Below are positions 51,401-62,848 of a stretch of 64,000 nucleotides of DNA, in pieces. Each line of letters opens with the position of its first letter. Positions within the stretch are counted from its first letter, which is position 1. The notes beneath the pieces were generated by a model that worked only from the letters and a program-made list of their open reading frames with translations, searched no databases and was not told where the DNA came from. The position numbers and the translations under genes were made by a program. Origin of the DNA: Saccostrea cucullata (taxonomy: Eukaryota); assembly GCF_032062105.1 (NCBI RefSeq), contig NW_026938421.1:248001-312000 (forward strand), read 5' to 3'.

Positions 51401-54400
51401 TTTGATCGCAATGAAATCTGATCTTTTTAGAGAGCGTTATGCATTTTTTTTTATTACCCCCCCCCCCCCCCCTTTCACGGGAGAATCTCGTCAAAGGATA
51501 AATGATTCGTTTTGTTGCATGCTATAAAATAAATTTAATGTAGTTAAACCATGTTTATAAATTTTGTTTTCATTTACATATACAGACAAGAGTTGAAAAA
51601 AAAATTATTTGCGTTTTTTCAATCAACCAAAATACCAGTAAGTTTTCCACCTTTGAAATTTCCCCTAACCAAATAGACTGATCGTCATGGACCACGTGTG
51701 TCCAAGTGCTATGTGGTGACAATTTTATACTGTTCAGTTAGCAATGGATTACATGACTTCTGAGATGCATATTTCAATAAAAGTAAAATAGGATATTTCT
51801 TTCGACATGTGCACATCCCTGTAACGATAGCAGTATTCAGGTAAATGTCTTTATCACTGCGTTCGATGCGTATTCTCGACCTGCATGCGTGCATATCCAA
51901 ACGGTTTTTGCTGTTTTCCGTTGTTTTTTCTTATTTGCAGCAAATGCATTCTAAAATAATTTACTTCTCAGTATAGTTCTAGTTTTTGTTGGATTTTAAC
52001 TTTTAAAACATGTATTTGGTCAGTTTATGGATTTATGACAACTATGCTATCGGAGATGTGTACATGTCGACAGCCAGGCTAGAAAATCACTCAAGTGAAA
52101 CAAATGTACCAGGCTTTATATAACAGGTACAGGTGGCCAAAAATTTTCAAGTAAATATGGCGGAATCAGAGAAATATGGCGGACAAAGGCGCACAGGAAT
52201 GTAGTAAGTCGTACAAAGATGAAAAATGATGCCTTTTTAAGAGTTCATGTCAGCTTTAATATGAATCTATTTGTGAGTGGTCAATAAAACAAGTAAATCT
52301 CACCAAATCCCATGTCTTCATCAGACTCTGATTCTTCTTTCTTCTCCTCCTTCTTGGGAGCTATAAATAGAAATCACAAACTCCATTTAAATATACTGGC
52401 AATATCTTGTCACACACAGATTAAAACTGAACTCGGCTAATTAAGTTTCCTTTCAGAAGTATCCATTTCCCCACTGATTTCAATTTACTATTATCGGTCT
52501 TTTTTACTGATTTTCAATTTGATAATTTTTTTCCCTAAAGATCTGTTGTGAAATTGAAGCTGCACCAACTAAAATTATTTTTCCCTCGTAATACTGAATA
52601 CTTTTACTGTAATACATTATACAAATGTAAAAAAAAAAATCATCCCCACTTTTATTTTCACCACTCTGCCCTATACACAGGTGGGAGAATTTAAACCCAG
52701 GTGAATTCAAAGAACAGGGTATAATTTCTTAAACAGATCTATGACTGTTACCTAACTTAGCTACCTGTATAAGGTAAGTAAATAGAGTAAACAGATGATT
52801 AATTTTCTAAGCTACCTATATAAGGTATACATGAAGTAAACAGATTTTTACCTTTCTTGTCATCAGCTGGGGCAGCAGCAGCAGCAGCTGGGGCGGCAGC
52901 AGGGGCAGCTCCGGCACCACTGGAAATGTTGGAGATCATCTCCTTAACATTGACACCATCCAAAGCCTTAGCAAACAGGGCTGTAATGCAGAAATTCATA
53001 AATCAATCATCTTTTATAAAATATCAGTTTTGTTCATACATTCTTGCAATGCCAGTATGGCTCAAGAGCTTAAATTCCTATCAACCTACACGGCCAGTAG
53101 GGTTCATCTGCATTTGAATTAAATATCTACTTTAATGCATCAAGATAGCTTGAATTCATATCTATACTTAAAAGGCCAGTACGATTCGACAGAGCTTGCA
53201 GAGATTTTAAACTACCCCGTGTAGGGCCGAATATGGACCCCATTCTCAATTGCAAAACTCCTCCCTTTTTCCCAAAAATGAACTGCCTATATTCAATTTT
53301 TGAAAGAACAAGAACTCAAGAAGGTTACCTGAACATAATTCACAAAATACAAACATACATGTTTAGGTTTGGAAATTTGAATGAAATTTGAATGAAATAA
53401 ACAAAATTTTGAAGAATCTTGGGTAAAACTTTATTATAATGATCAATTCTCCAATTCATAGTTCTGAATAACTAAGTAAAGATCAATTTTTATTCATCTT
53501 AAGTATTTATTTCTTGAAAAACATCATACAATAAAATTTCCCAATAAGTGATAAAATGTCGTAAAATTCCCAATTCCAAGGGCCTGGGCCCCATTCCCAA
53601 AAGTGAGTGGAAAATCCCTGGCTTGAATTCAGTATGATCTATACATGTACTTACAAGGCCAGTATGGTTCAACTGAGACTCCAGCAGCCTTCAAGATGGT
53701 ATTGATTTTCTCCCCCTGAGGAAAAAAAAAATTACTTCAGGGATTCTGGAATTACAGGATTCATACAATATCATTAAACTGCATTTCTTCTAGACATGTA
53801 ATTCCCCTTTCAGTCTTGTGTACTTTCATTCTAAGAGTACTTGGTTGTATACATTTTGCTTTGAACCCAGCATAAAAATTATTGGAAATGTGACTGGTCC
53901 CATTTTAGTATGCTACTGATTCATGGAAAGTGATGAAAATCACAAATAAGGTCCTCATCCTAAGCTTCATTTGTCAAGTCCAATGAAGAACCAGTTATAC
54001 AATGATTAACAGAAATATTTTAGAGCTGCCCTGAATCACTTGAGTATGATGGGAGATTGCAACAATACATTGGGTAGCTGGCTAGATGCACAATATGTTT
54101 TACAGAAGTTTCTCTACAAGTAGTCACTAGATGGTCACTTAAACTAATGTTTTGATTAAAATATCAAAGATTGTTGCACACTTATTGTTAAATACCATGT
54201 GGGTAGATTGAATTTCCTCTACATACCAAATGCTTTCGACAGTCGACACATAAATAGAATACTATGATCGACTTTTATACATCGCTTTTCCTCAGTTTCC
54301 ACACTCTGTTATAAAAGCTCTGCTTTCTTGCGGTACCTTACAATGGGCAAAACATTAGAAACACCGAAACTCTTCAACCAATATATACACCTACATGTGA

Positions 54401-54488
54401 AAAGGGGGTTACTTACTGTGATCGCTACTTGATCGTCTGCGAGAATCAAAGCTGCATAAACGCAAGCAAGTTCGTCTGAAGAAGACAT
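48402..54488 (-). CDS. RPLP1: 60S acidic ribosomal protein P1, 110 aa
   Basis: Exons 54417-54488, 53655-53715, 52852-52980, 52304-52360, 48402-48415 (333 nt): [51 protein letters not shown]...Ala-rich hinge...EESESDEDMGFGLFD*; all introns GT-AG and phase-consistent. Confidence 0.96.
48711..52255. mobile_element. Kolobok-like non-autonomous TIR element filling the last RPLP1 intron
   Basis: TTAA-AGCTGACATGAATTCTTAAAAA ... TTTTTAAGAGTTCATGTCAGCT-TTAA; imperfect TIR of ~50 bp plus subterminal TTCCGCCATATTT / AAATATGGCGGAA; no transposase ORF. Confidence 0.85.
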
Positions 54489-54533
54489 TGTTTTTACTTC
54501 TACTGATTTCGTTAATTGATGCCTAAGTATAAC

Positions 54534-54581
54534 AGTGTAAGTCGCCGGATTGGCCTTAGCTCTTTTTGAGAACTGTACACT
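54534..54581 (-). promoter_or_regulatory. Candidate structured cis-element in the RPLP1 5'UTR
   Basis: Minus-strand AGUGUA-C-AGUU ... GACU-UACACU stem enclosing AGCUAAGGC and AUCCGGC; see findings. Confidence 0.55.
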
Positions 54582-54589
54582 TTACGAAG

Positions 54590-54830
54590 GAAAATTGCGG
54601 AAGAGGCCGGAAGTAGATAAAAATTAAAGAATAGAAGTCAAGACTTCCAAATATTCACGAGGTCCTAGAAGATGTGTCCTAAGAAACATAATATAAAGCA
54701 AAATGCATAATTTGTATTTTGGTTAAAGGTTTCTGAATTAAATAAAATTGTATTCTCTTTGGTTTAGAGATTATATGAGGATTATACAATTTGAATCGGT
54801 ATCGATTCATTCCGGCAAATAACTGTCAAC
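54590..54830. promoter_or_regulatory. Shared bidirectional promoter region of RPLP1 and TXNDC5
   Basis: Start codons are divergent and about 340 bp apart; TCT/5'TOP-like CCTCTTCC on the minus strand at 54599-54606 next to an ETS/GABP site CCGGAAGT (54607-54614). Confidence 0.7.
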
Positions 54831-56961
54831 ATGAAAAACGTGTACATCTTTGTTTTGACAGTACTTTTTTCTCAAGTTGTGTCTGATTCGGACCATGGGG
54901 ATGCAGTTATCAGTTACACATCAGAGAACTTTGATGACGCTTTAGACAAAGCTAAACATTTCGTTATGTTTTATGCTCCATGGTAAGATAAGCGTGATTC
55001 ATTCGAATTTCCTCGGTTGAAATTACTATGTTGATTTTATCATGAGCTGAATATTTCATCTGCTTATTCATTTGAATTTTGACACAGAAAATTTATTCAG
55101 TGAAAGATATACTTACAAGTCACGTATGCCTCAAAATTGGTGATAATTTTTAGGAGAAATAAATTATTTTTCTTTTACACGCATCATCAAATATGTGAAA
55201 AAATTATGAACCATGTTTAAATATTTAAAGTAGTGTAGATTCTGATCCATTTTGGAATTTTATGGATAAATATCTACATTTTATAGAACTTAGAAGAATA
55301 TGAATATAAGGTGCTCTCCATTAGTACATTTATGCTGTATCTACTGATATTTGTATTAACAGACTTTAAGAAAGGATTGTGCTGTACAATAAAACAAATG
55401 TATGTATATTCATTCGTCAGATAAACTGTTACTTGGATGAGCATTCTATGCAATATGGTCCATGCACTTTTTATATAAACGAAGATTAATGTGATGAATT
55501 ACAGAAATCAAGCTTCTTTTTTTCAAATATATAGTCAGACAATACAACTAAGCAAGTTTCAATGAAACTAACAGAAAATGCTTATTTTGATACAAGTGTA
55601 AGTTTTTATGAAAATTTGTCCTATAATTAAAATGATAGTTAATATTAATTTTATTATCTTTATTATGTATTCTGATATATACTTGTAAATTATAAATAAA
55701 TTTTAATTTATGGTAAATTAAATTAATGAAAAATCAAAACAGAACAGCTACACAAGAACTGCATGTATAAGGCACATATCATATAAAAAAACATCTATGA
55801 TAGAGTTTACTAAAGATAAACCAAATCAACGCTGATTCGTAAAGCCTTTCATGAGTAGCCATGTTAACTTTAGATGAACTTATCAATGGATTTATATTAC
55901 ATTGTATGTGTATTACAGCCTTATACTTATAAGATAAAATATTATGCTACAGGTAGTTTTTTTTTTAATTCTTTAAAGTTATTTAGGCTCTTCTGACAAT
56001 ATATTGATTAAAACATCATTGAATCAAATCTTAGTAACACAGAATTTTAATGGGAATATACTCAGTAGAATAAATTGAAAGTGTTAATATGAGTGTGGGA
56101 GCTAGCCAGTAAGAATTGTTAAATTGTAAACTTAGATATATGGTATTGTGTTTACAAGTGTTCTACGAGTGGAGGAAAAAAACCCAATATCTTTAAACCT
56201 TTGTCAGTGGTATTGATCTTTACAGGAAAGGGATTAAATTTGTAACAGCTCCAGTTCTTTTAAATGTCCTTTTAAACTGTTTTAAGCCACTCGATCCTTA
56301 AATACTTTGAGTGCGTTATTGATTCTGAGAACTGTACATTATTTTCCTATGAATACGAGTGAAAGTGACATGACATAAATTAGGAATGAAGTCATTTAAT
56401 TCCTATGAATGAAAAAAAAAATCCTCATGTACACATTTTAAGAGGGACACAATAGTGGACTAGTGCAGCCACTAACATATGGCATCCAAAACTAATGCCA
56501 TTTCGAGACTGTTCAAGCCTTCTGCAAGAACTCTTTCGATAAAATTTAGTGGAACAAAAACAGTCAATATGTTACCTTTATGTAGGGTTTCATACTAAGT
56601 CAAATTCCCCCATCCTCACAATATGTCAGGGTCCTGTATAACCTCCAAACATGGTCATGGGACCCCTGACAAACTTTGTTCAATATTTTACAGGCTGACT
56701 GTAGCAATGTGGTTTGGGGAAAATTATAAATCTTGAATGTTTTTCTTATCTTTGGACAAATCACATTAAGCCTTTGATGTAAAACAACCTGAATCATATT
56801 TTTTCACATTTTATTACAATCTCTAACAGGTATATTTAAATTGTTTTGATTTCCAAATCTTTATTTTAATTCTCTGTAGCAAAAAAGGTGTGGGTTTTTT
56901 CATCTTTCATCATGCTCATTGTTTAATGCATAATGAAAAATCAAATTCGTGAAATCATGAA

Positions 56962-57022
<61 letters not shown>

Positions 57023-57051
57023 CTGTCGTCGTTGTTGTCGTCGTTGTTGTC

Positions 57052-57135
<84 letters not shown>

Positions 57136-57390
57136 GGTGAAGGGGATTCAAGTTTGCTCAAATGTAGGGCCACACCCTTTTCCAAGGGGAGATAATCATG
57201 AATTTGTTAAAAATTAATGGCATTTTTAAAAAATCTTCTTCTCCAGAACCGCTGGGCCAGGAAAGATGAAACTCATGTGGAATCATCCTCAGGTAGTGTA
57301 GATTCAAGTTTGTTCAAATCATGACCCCGGGGCAAGGGTGGGGCCAAAATGGCCGACCCAAGTTTTACATAGGAATATGTAGGAAAAATC

Positions 57391-57424
<34 letters not shown>

Positions 57425-57556
57425 GGAAAGATGAAACTCATGTGGAATCATCCTCAGGTAGTGTAGATTCAAGTTTGTTCAAATCATGACCCCCGGGGCA
57501 AGAGTGGGGCCAAAATGGCCGACCCTAGTTTTACATAGGAATATATAGGATAAATC

Positions 57557-57590
<34 letters not shown>

Positions 57591-57722
57591 GGAAAGATGA
57601 AACTCATGTGGAATCATCCTCAGGTAGTGTAGATTCAAGTTTGTTCAAATCATGACCCCCGGGGCAAGAGTGTGGCCAAAATGGCCGACCCAAGTTTTAC
57701 ATAGGAATATATAAGAAAAATC

Positions 57723-57755
<33 letters not shown>

Positions 57756-60700
57756 TGGAAAGATAAAATTCATGTGGAATCATCCTCAGGTAGTGTAGAT
57801 TCAAGTTTGTTCAAATCATGACCCCCGGGGCTAGGGTGGGACCAAAAATGGCCGACCCAAGTTTTACATAGGCATATATAGGGAAACCTTTTAAAATCTT
57901 TTCAACAAGTACTTCAAAGCTATGATTAGTGATATTTATATGGAATCATCCTCAGGTAGTGTAGATTCTAATTTGTTCAAATGATGAACGCCTGGAGGGG
58001 GGGGGATAAATTCAAGCCCGATGTGCTCAGGTGAGTGCTGTGGCCCCTGGGCCTCTTGTTAGATTGTACTAGGAAATCTTTAGAGAAAAAATGGTACTTA
58101 TCTTATTAAAATATTGCTCCTTCCTTAAAAAATTCAGAAAATGGCCCAATGACTTCTCAGTAATTTGATTCAGGTGAGCATTATGACCATAAACATTTTG
58201 GTGTAATCACAGGCACCTGACGCTACTTATTTTTCTTTTAATAAAAAAATATTCCCCCACCTAATAATTAGTAACGTCAGGTGCCTGTGGGTTTAATGTA
58301 CTGTTTTATGTCTCTAGAAAATCAAGTATGGTATAACTATTTCTTTTCTTTACAGGTGTGGACATTGTAAGAGATTGTCCCCTACATGGAACGAGTTAGC
58401 TAAGTTATACAACCCCATGATAGATCAACCACTTATTATTGCTAAGGTAACACACTCTGAAGCATAAAACATGTAAATACATATAATATACACATAATCT
58501 CATTTAAGGACAGATGATACAAACAAATATTTGTCAAAAGCTATGAAATTAACAACCTGAGTCATGTTTAATTAAGTAAAATGAATATCTTTCACCGTGT
58601 AGTTTTTAATTTTTTATTCAAATTTGCTCAAAAATGGAATCTGAAGTGAAAAATATTTGTATAGATTAATATGGATGGTTTCAGAAGGGCAGACTTTTGA
58701 ACAATTCACACAGGGTTTACAATTTCTTTATATTCTAGAAATTTATTATTTGCATCATTTGCAATAAAATTAGGCCAAAAAATATATACCAATCCAGGCA
58801 TCCATTTTTAGCTCTACTGGTCAGAGACCAGAAGAGCTTATGCGATAGTAATGCGTCCGGCGTCCGTCCATCTGTCTGTCTGTCTGTCCGTCTGTCTGTA
58901 AACAATTTTTCAAAACGCTACTCCTCCTACAGTTTTGGTCTGATTTCAAAGGAACTTGGCAGACAAGTAGACTACACTAAGATACATAGAATAGCTAGTG
59001 CATCAATTTTTGATTTCGATAAACGGTGTTGCCATGGTTACTAAAAATAGAATTTTCTGTGAAATTCCTTTAAAACACTACTCCTCCTACAGTTTTGATC
59101 TGATTTCAATATAACTTGGCACGCAAGTAGACTAAACTAACATACATAAAATAGTGCATCGATTTTTGATTTCGATGAACGGTGCTGCCTTGGTTACTAA
59201 AAATAGAATTTTCTGTGAAATTCCTTTAAAAAGCTACTCCTTCTACATTTTTGGTCTGATTTCAATATTACTTGGCACTCAAGTAGACTACACTAAGATA
59301 CATAAAATAGTGCATCGGTTTTTGATTTCGATGAACGGTGTTGCCGTGGTTACTAAAAATAGAATTTTCTTTGAAATTCCTTTAAAACGCTACTCCTTCT
59401 TCATTTTTGGTCTGATTTCAATATTACTTGGCACACAAGTAGACTACACTAAGATACATTAAATAGTGCATCGGTTTTTGATTTCGATGAACGATGTTGC
59501 TGTGGTTACTAAAAATAGAATTTTCTGTGAAATTCCTTTAAAACGCTACTCTTTCTTCATTTTTGGTCTGATTTCAATATTACTTGGCACTCAAATAGAC
59601 TACACTAAGATACATGAAATAGTGCATCAGTTTTTGATTTCGATGAACGGTGTTGTTGTGGTTACTAAAAATAGAATTTTCTGTAAAATTCCTTTAAAAT
59701 GCTACTCCTCCTACAATTTTGGTCTGGTTACAATATACCTTGGCACACAAGTAGACTACACAAAGATACATAAATTAGTGCATCAGTTTTTTGATTTCGA
59801 TGAACGGTGTTTCCATTGCTACTAAAAATAGAAATGTCTGTGAAATTCCTTTAAAACGCTACTCCTTCTAAAGTTTTGGTCTGATGGCAATGGCTCCTTT
59901 TTACTCATCCTTTGTTATAAGTACAAACCAGTAGAGCTTCAGTCTAGACAGAGACTTCTGGTTTTGTTTGTATCATCTGTCCTTAAGCAACATAAACACA
60001 ATTTTATGAATACAAATATATGTCATCTACAAGATGAAAAATTTTGTTGAATGAGAATGTTGATAATTGAAAATCGATGTTTTTTAACGAACTGAACACT
60101 GGAATTTGTTATTCAGGTGGATTGTACAGTAGAAACTGCTCTTTGTGCCAAACATGAAATCACAGGATACCCCACTCTGAAGTTCTTCCCTGACAGATAT
60201 TCTGAAGTTGTACGCTACAAGTCAGCAAGAGATCTGCAGTCCCTTCAGACTTTCATTGAGGAACAGCTGTCAAATGTAAAGTAGACCTTGTTATGTACCA
60301 AATTGAATTACTTAAAGCAGCAAAACATAAGAATGGAGACATGTTTTCAGTCTGTTCCTCCTGACCTGTGTTTTGTCTTTGGGACAGGCTCCAGAACAGA
60401 CAGAGGAGAAGAATCAGCCGTCGTCAGGACTGTTTGATCTGACCGACGACTCCTTCCCTAAACACATAGAGAGAGGGAGCCACTTCATCAAGTTCTACGC
60501 TCCGTGGTGCGGTCACTGTAAGCGACTGGCCCCCACCTGGGAGGAACTGGCCATGCATTACCTGGGGCAGGAAGAGGTGTCTGTGGCTAAGGTACAGGAT
60601 ACTGTATACAGGGTTAATTACACTTGTTGTGCTTGCTTTTCACACTTACAAACGATTTTGTCTTGTTCTGCCCAGACACAGTTGTTTTTAGAAATAACCT

Positions 60701-62848
60701 TGTCTTTTTATTATTCATGCCATTTTAAATTCATTCACTTGCAGTGAGGATGAAAGGAATAAAATAAACGAGGGAAACTGTGCATATTCGAAACTGCATC
60801 TGTTGTGGTATGACCAATCTTTTTATGATTATTTTATAGGTGGACTGTACTGTACATAGGGCTACGTGTGATTCCTATGGAGTCCGGAGTTATCCCACCC
60901 TGTATTTCTTTAGGAATGGAGAAAAGGTTTGTGTTAAAGATTTAAAAAGAAGTGTTGAAAATTATAGCTATTCTTCATCAGAGTATCCATTTAGTCAAAT
61001 GCTGCTATTAAAACAAGAAAAGATTTCAACCTAGCTTGATTACAATTATCTTGTTTACATTTAGCTTGTTTACAGTTAGCCTGTTTACAGCTTGTTTACA
61101 GTTAGTTTGTGTACAGTTAGCTTGTTTCCATTTGGTTTAAAGTTAGCTTGTTTACAGTTTTTTATTTACAGATACAATGTAGTTTGTTTACACTTAGTTG
61201 TTTACAGTTATCTTGTTTACAGCTTATTTACAGTTAACTTGTTTATAGCTTGTTTACTTTTAGCTTATTTATAGCTTGTTTACAGTATTTCTGTTTTGAT
61301 TTACAGGTGGATGAGTACCAGGGAGGTAGGAGCCTGGAAGATCTACTGAACTATATGGAGATCCAGCTCTCTGCGAAGAATGAAAATGCTGATCGCACTG
61401 ACGAGAAAATTCCCGACGCCATACCAGAAGAAAAGGAACAGGAACAGGAGGAAAACCTGGTACAGTTAACACACCCAATCAATTCTAAGCTCATTTTGTT
61501 ACTTGATCCCAGTAGTAGGATAGGTATACTGTATTGGAATTCTTTTGCTTTTTATCTTACAGCCAATATCAGTCCTGACAATAATTCAATACAATTGATA
61601 TTCCCCCCTCTCAAAAAAAAAAATTAAATTAAAACAAAAAGAATAAGCAGTTGGGACTTTTAACTTACTTCAAAATATCTAAAGTGTTTTCAGATATAGA
61701 AGTTCTAAAGTTCCAGATGTCAAACTAAAGTTCCAGATGTCAAAGTTACCCCCCTTCAAAAAAATTAAATTAAAACAAAAAGAATAAGCGGTTGGGACTT
61801 TTAACTTACTTCAAAATATGTAAAAGTGTTTATGTTATATTAAATTTTCCTTTATTTCTTTATAGGAAGCTGTCTTTGAGTTGGAAGCTGACAGTTTTAC
61901 AGGGGGAATCAGTGAGGGACTTGTCTTTGTCAAGTTTTATGCACCATGGTAATATTTTACTCACTGTTGTTCATAGCGTACAGATTTCTCTGCAGGATCC
62001 CTAAATTATTGATTTTGATGCATCGCCTGTTGGAAATACATGTACCGGGTATTCTGCACAGAAATGAAGAATTTAAAATAAAGTGAATTAGAACCTCCCA
62101 CTATAAAGAAACCTTTCATTATTATCTGTATGTACAGGTGTGGTCACTGTCAGAGACTGGCCCCCACATGGAAGGAGCTGTCCAAGGAGATGGCCCGCTA
62201 CCCTGTGGTCACCATCGCTAAGGTGGACTGCACCGTCAGTACGAACATCTGTAAGGAGAATGGGGTCAGTAGTCATATTCCGTAGGCCAAGGTTTACTCT
62301 AGAGTACTGTATCTGCCAAGACATGTATGCCTAATTGTAAAAAGAGTTTTTAAATGTTTTGGAAGAAGTGTACACATTTTTTGCCCCTTACTAATTAAAA
62401 CTTTTATCAAACTCAAAAGTGTTCTTCTGCACTGGGCATGGTGAGCAGGGGAATTAATTTAATTTAAGAATTTCCCAATAAAAAAATATTAAATACAGTG
62501 TATTTAGATTTTTCAGCAATAACTGTATTTTGTTTTGGAAAGAGTTGAAAGAAGAGTCTGTTAAAGTGGAAAGTCATTTTCCAAAATATGATACCAATTT
62601 TCACATAAATTACATATTAAGTTTAAATTTATTAAAATAGATAAAACTATCTAAGACAGTCGCAGATAGAATATAGCTGATTGAACAAATCAAATCTTTC
62701 ATTTCAAATTTAGGTCAGAGGATACCCGACACTGATTCTCTTCAAGGATGGACAGAAAGTAGCAGAATACACAGGAAGTCGTGACCTTGGTGACCTTGTG
62801 GAGTTCATGCTTGAGCACATCCAACAGGAAGTCCATGATGAGCTGTAA
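54831..62848 (+). CDS. TXNDC5: Thioredoxin domain-containing protein 5 (ERp46, PDI family), 396 aa
   Basis: Exons 54831-54982, 58356-58446, 60117-60275, 60388-60591, 60840-60926, 61307-61459, 61866-61948, 62138-62264, 62714-62848 (1191 nt); signal peptide, three FYAPWCGHC thioredoxin domains, C-terminal HDEL. Confidence 0.95.
56962..58060 (+). mobile_element. Helentron-like element carrying ~166-bp Cg170-like satellite units
   Basis: TTTTTAGCTCACCTGAGCCGAAGGCTCAAGTGAGCT start, GTC/GTT microsatellite, units at 57231, 57396, 57562, 57728, end GCTCAGGTGAG..GGCCCCTGGGCC..TT. Confidence 0.88.
58208..58289. mobile_element. 82-bp mini TIR element with 8-bp TSD (hAT/P-like ends)
   Basis: CACAGGCACCTGACG(C/T)TACT 20-bp TIR (19/20); flanks GGTGTAAT / GGTTTAAT. 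Confidence 0.75.
58805..59965 (+). mobile_element. Helentron-like family C copy 2 (inverted relative to 39999-41190)
   Basis: Reverse complement of family C copy 1 including both termini; 156-bp units give the spurious MHRFLISMN ORFs. Confidence 0.88.
61030..61290. repeat. ~15-bp minisatellite (TTAGCTTGTTTACAG) in TXNDC5 intron 5
   Basis: More than a dozen variant units ending just upstream of the acceptor at 61306. Confidence 0.85.

Noticed and set aside
61603-61820. Local ~145-bp-spaced direct repeat in TXNDC5 intron 6
   Set aside because: Simple local duplication with no further structure.
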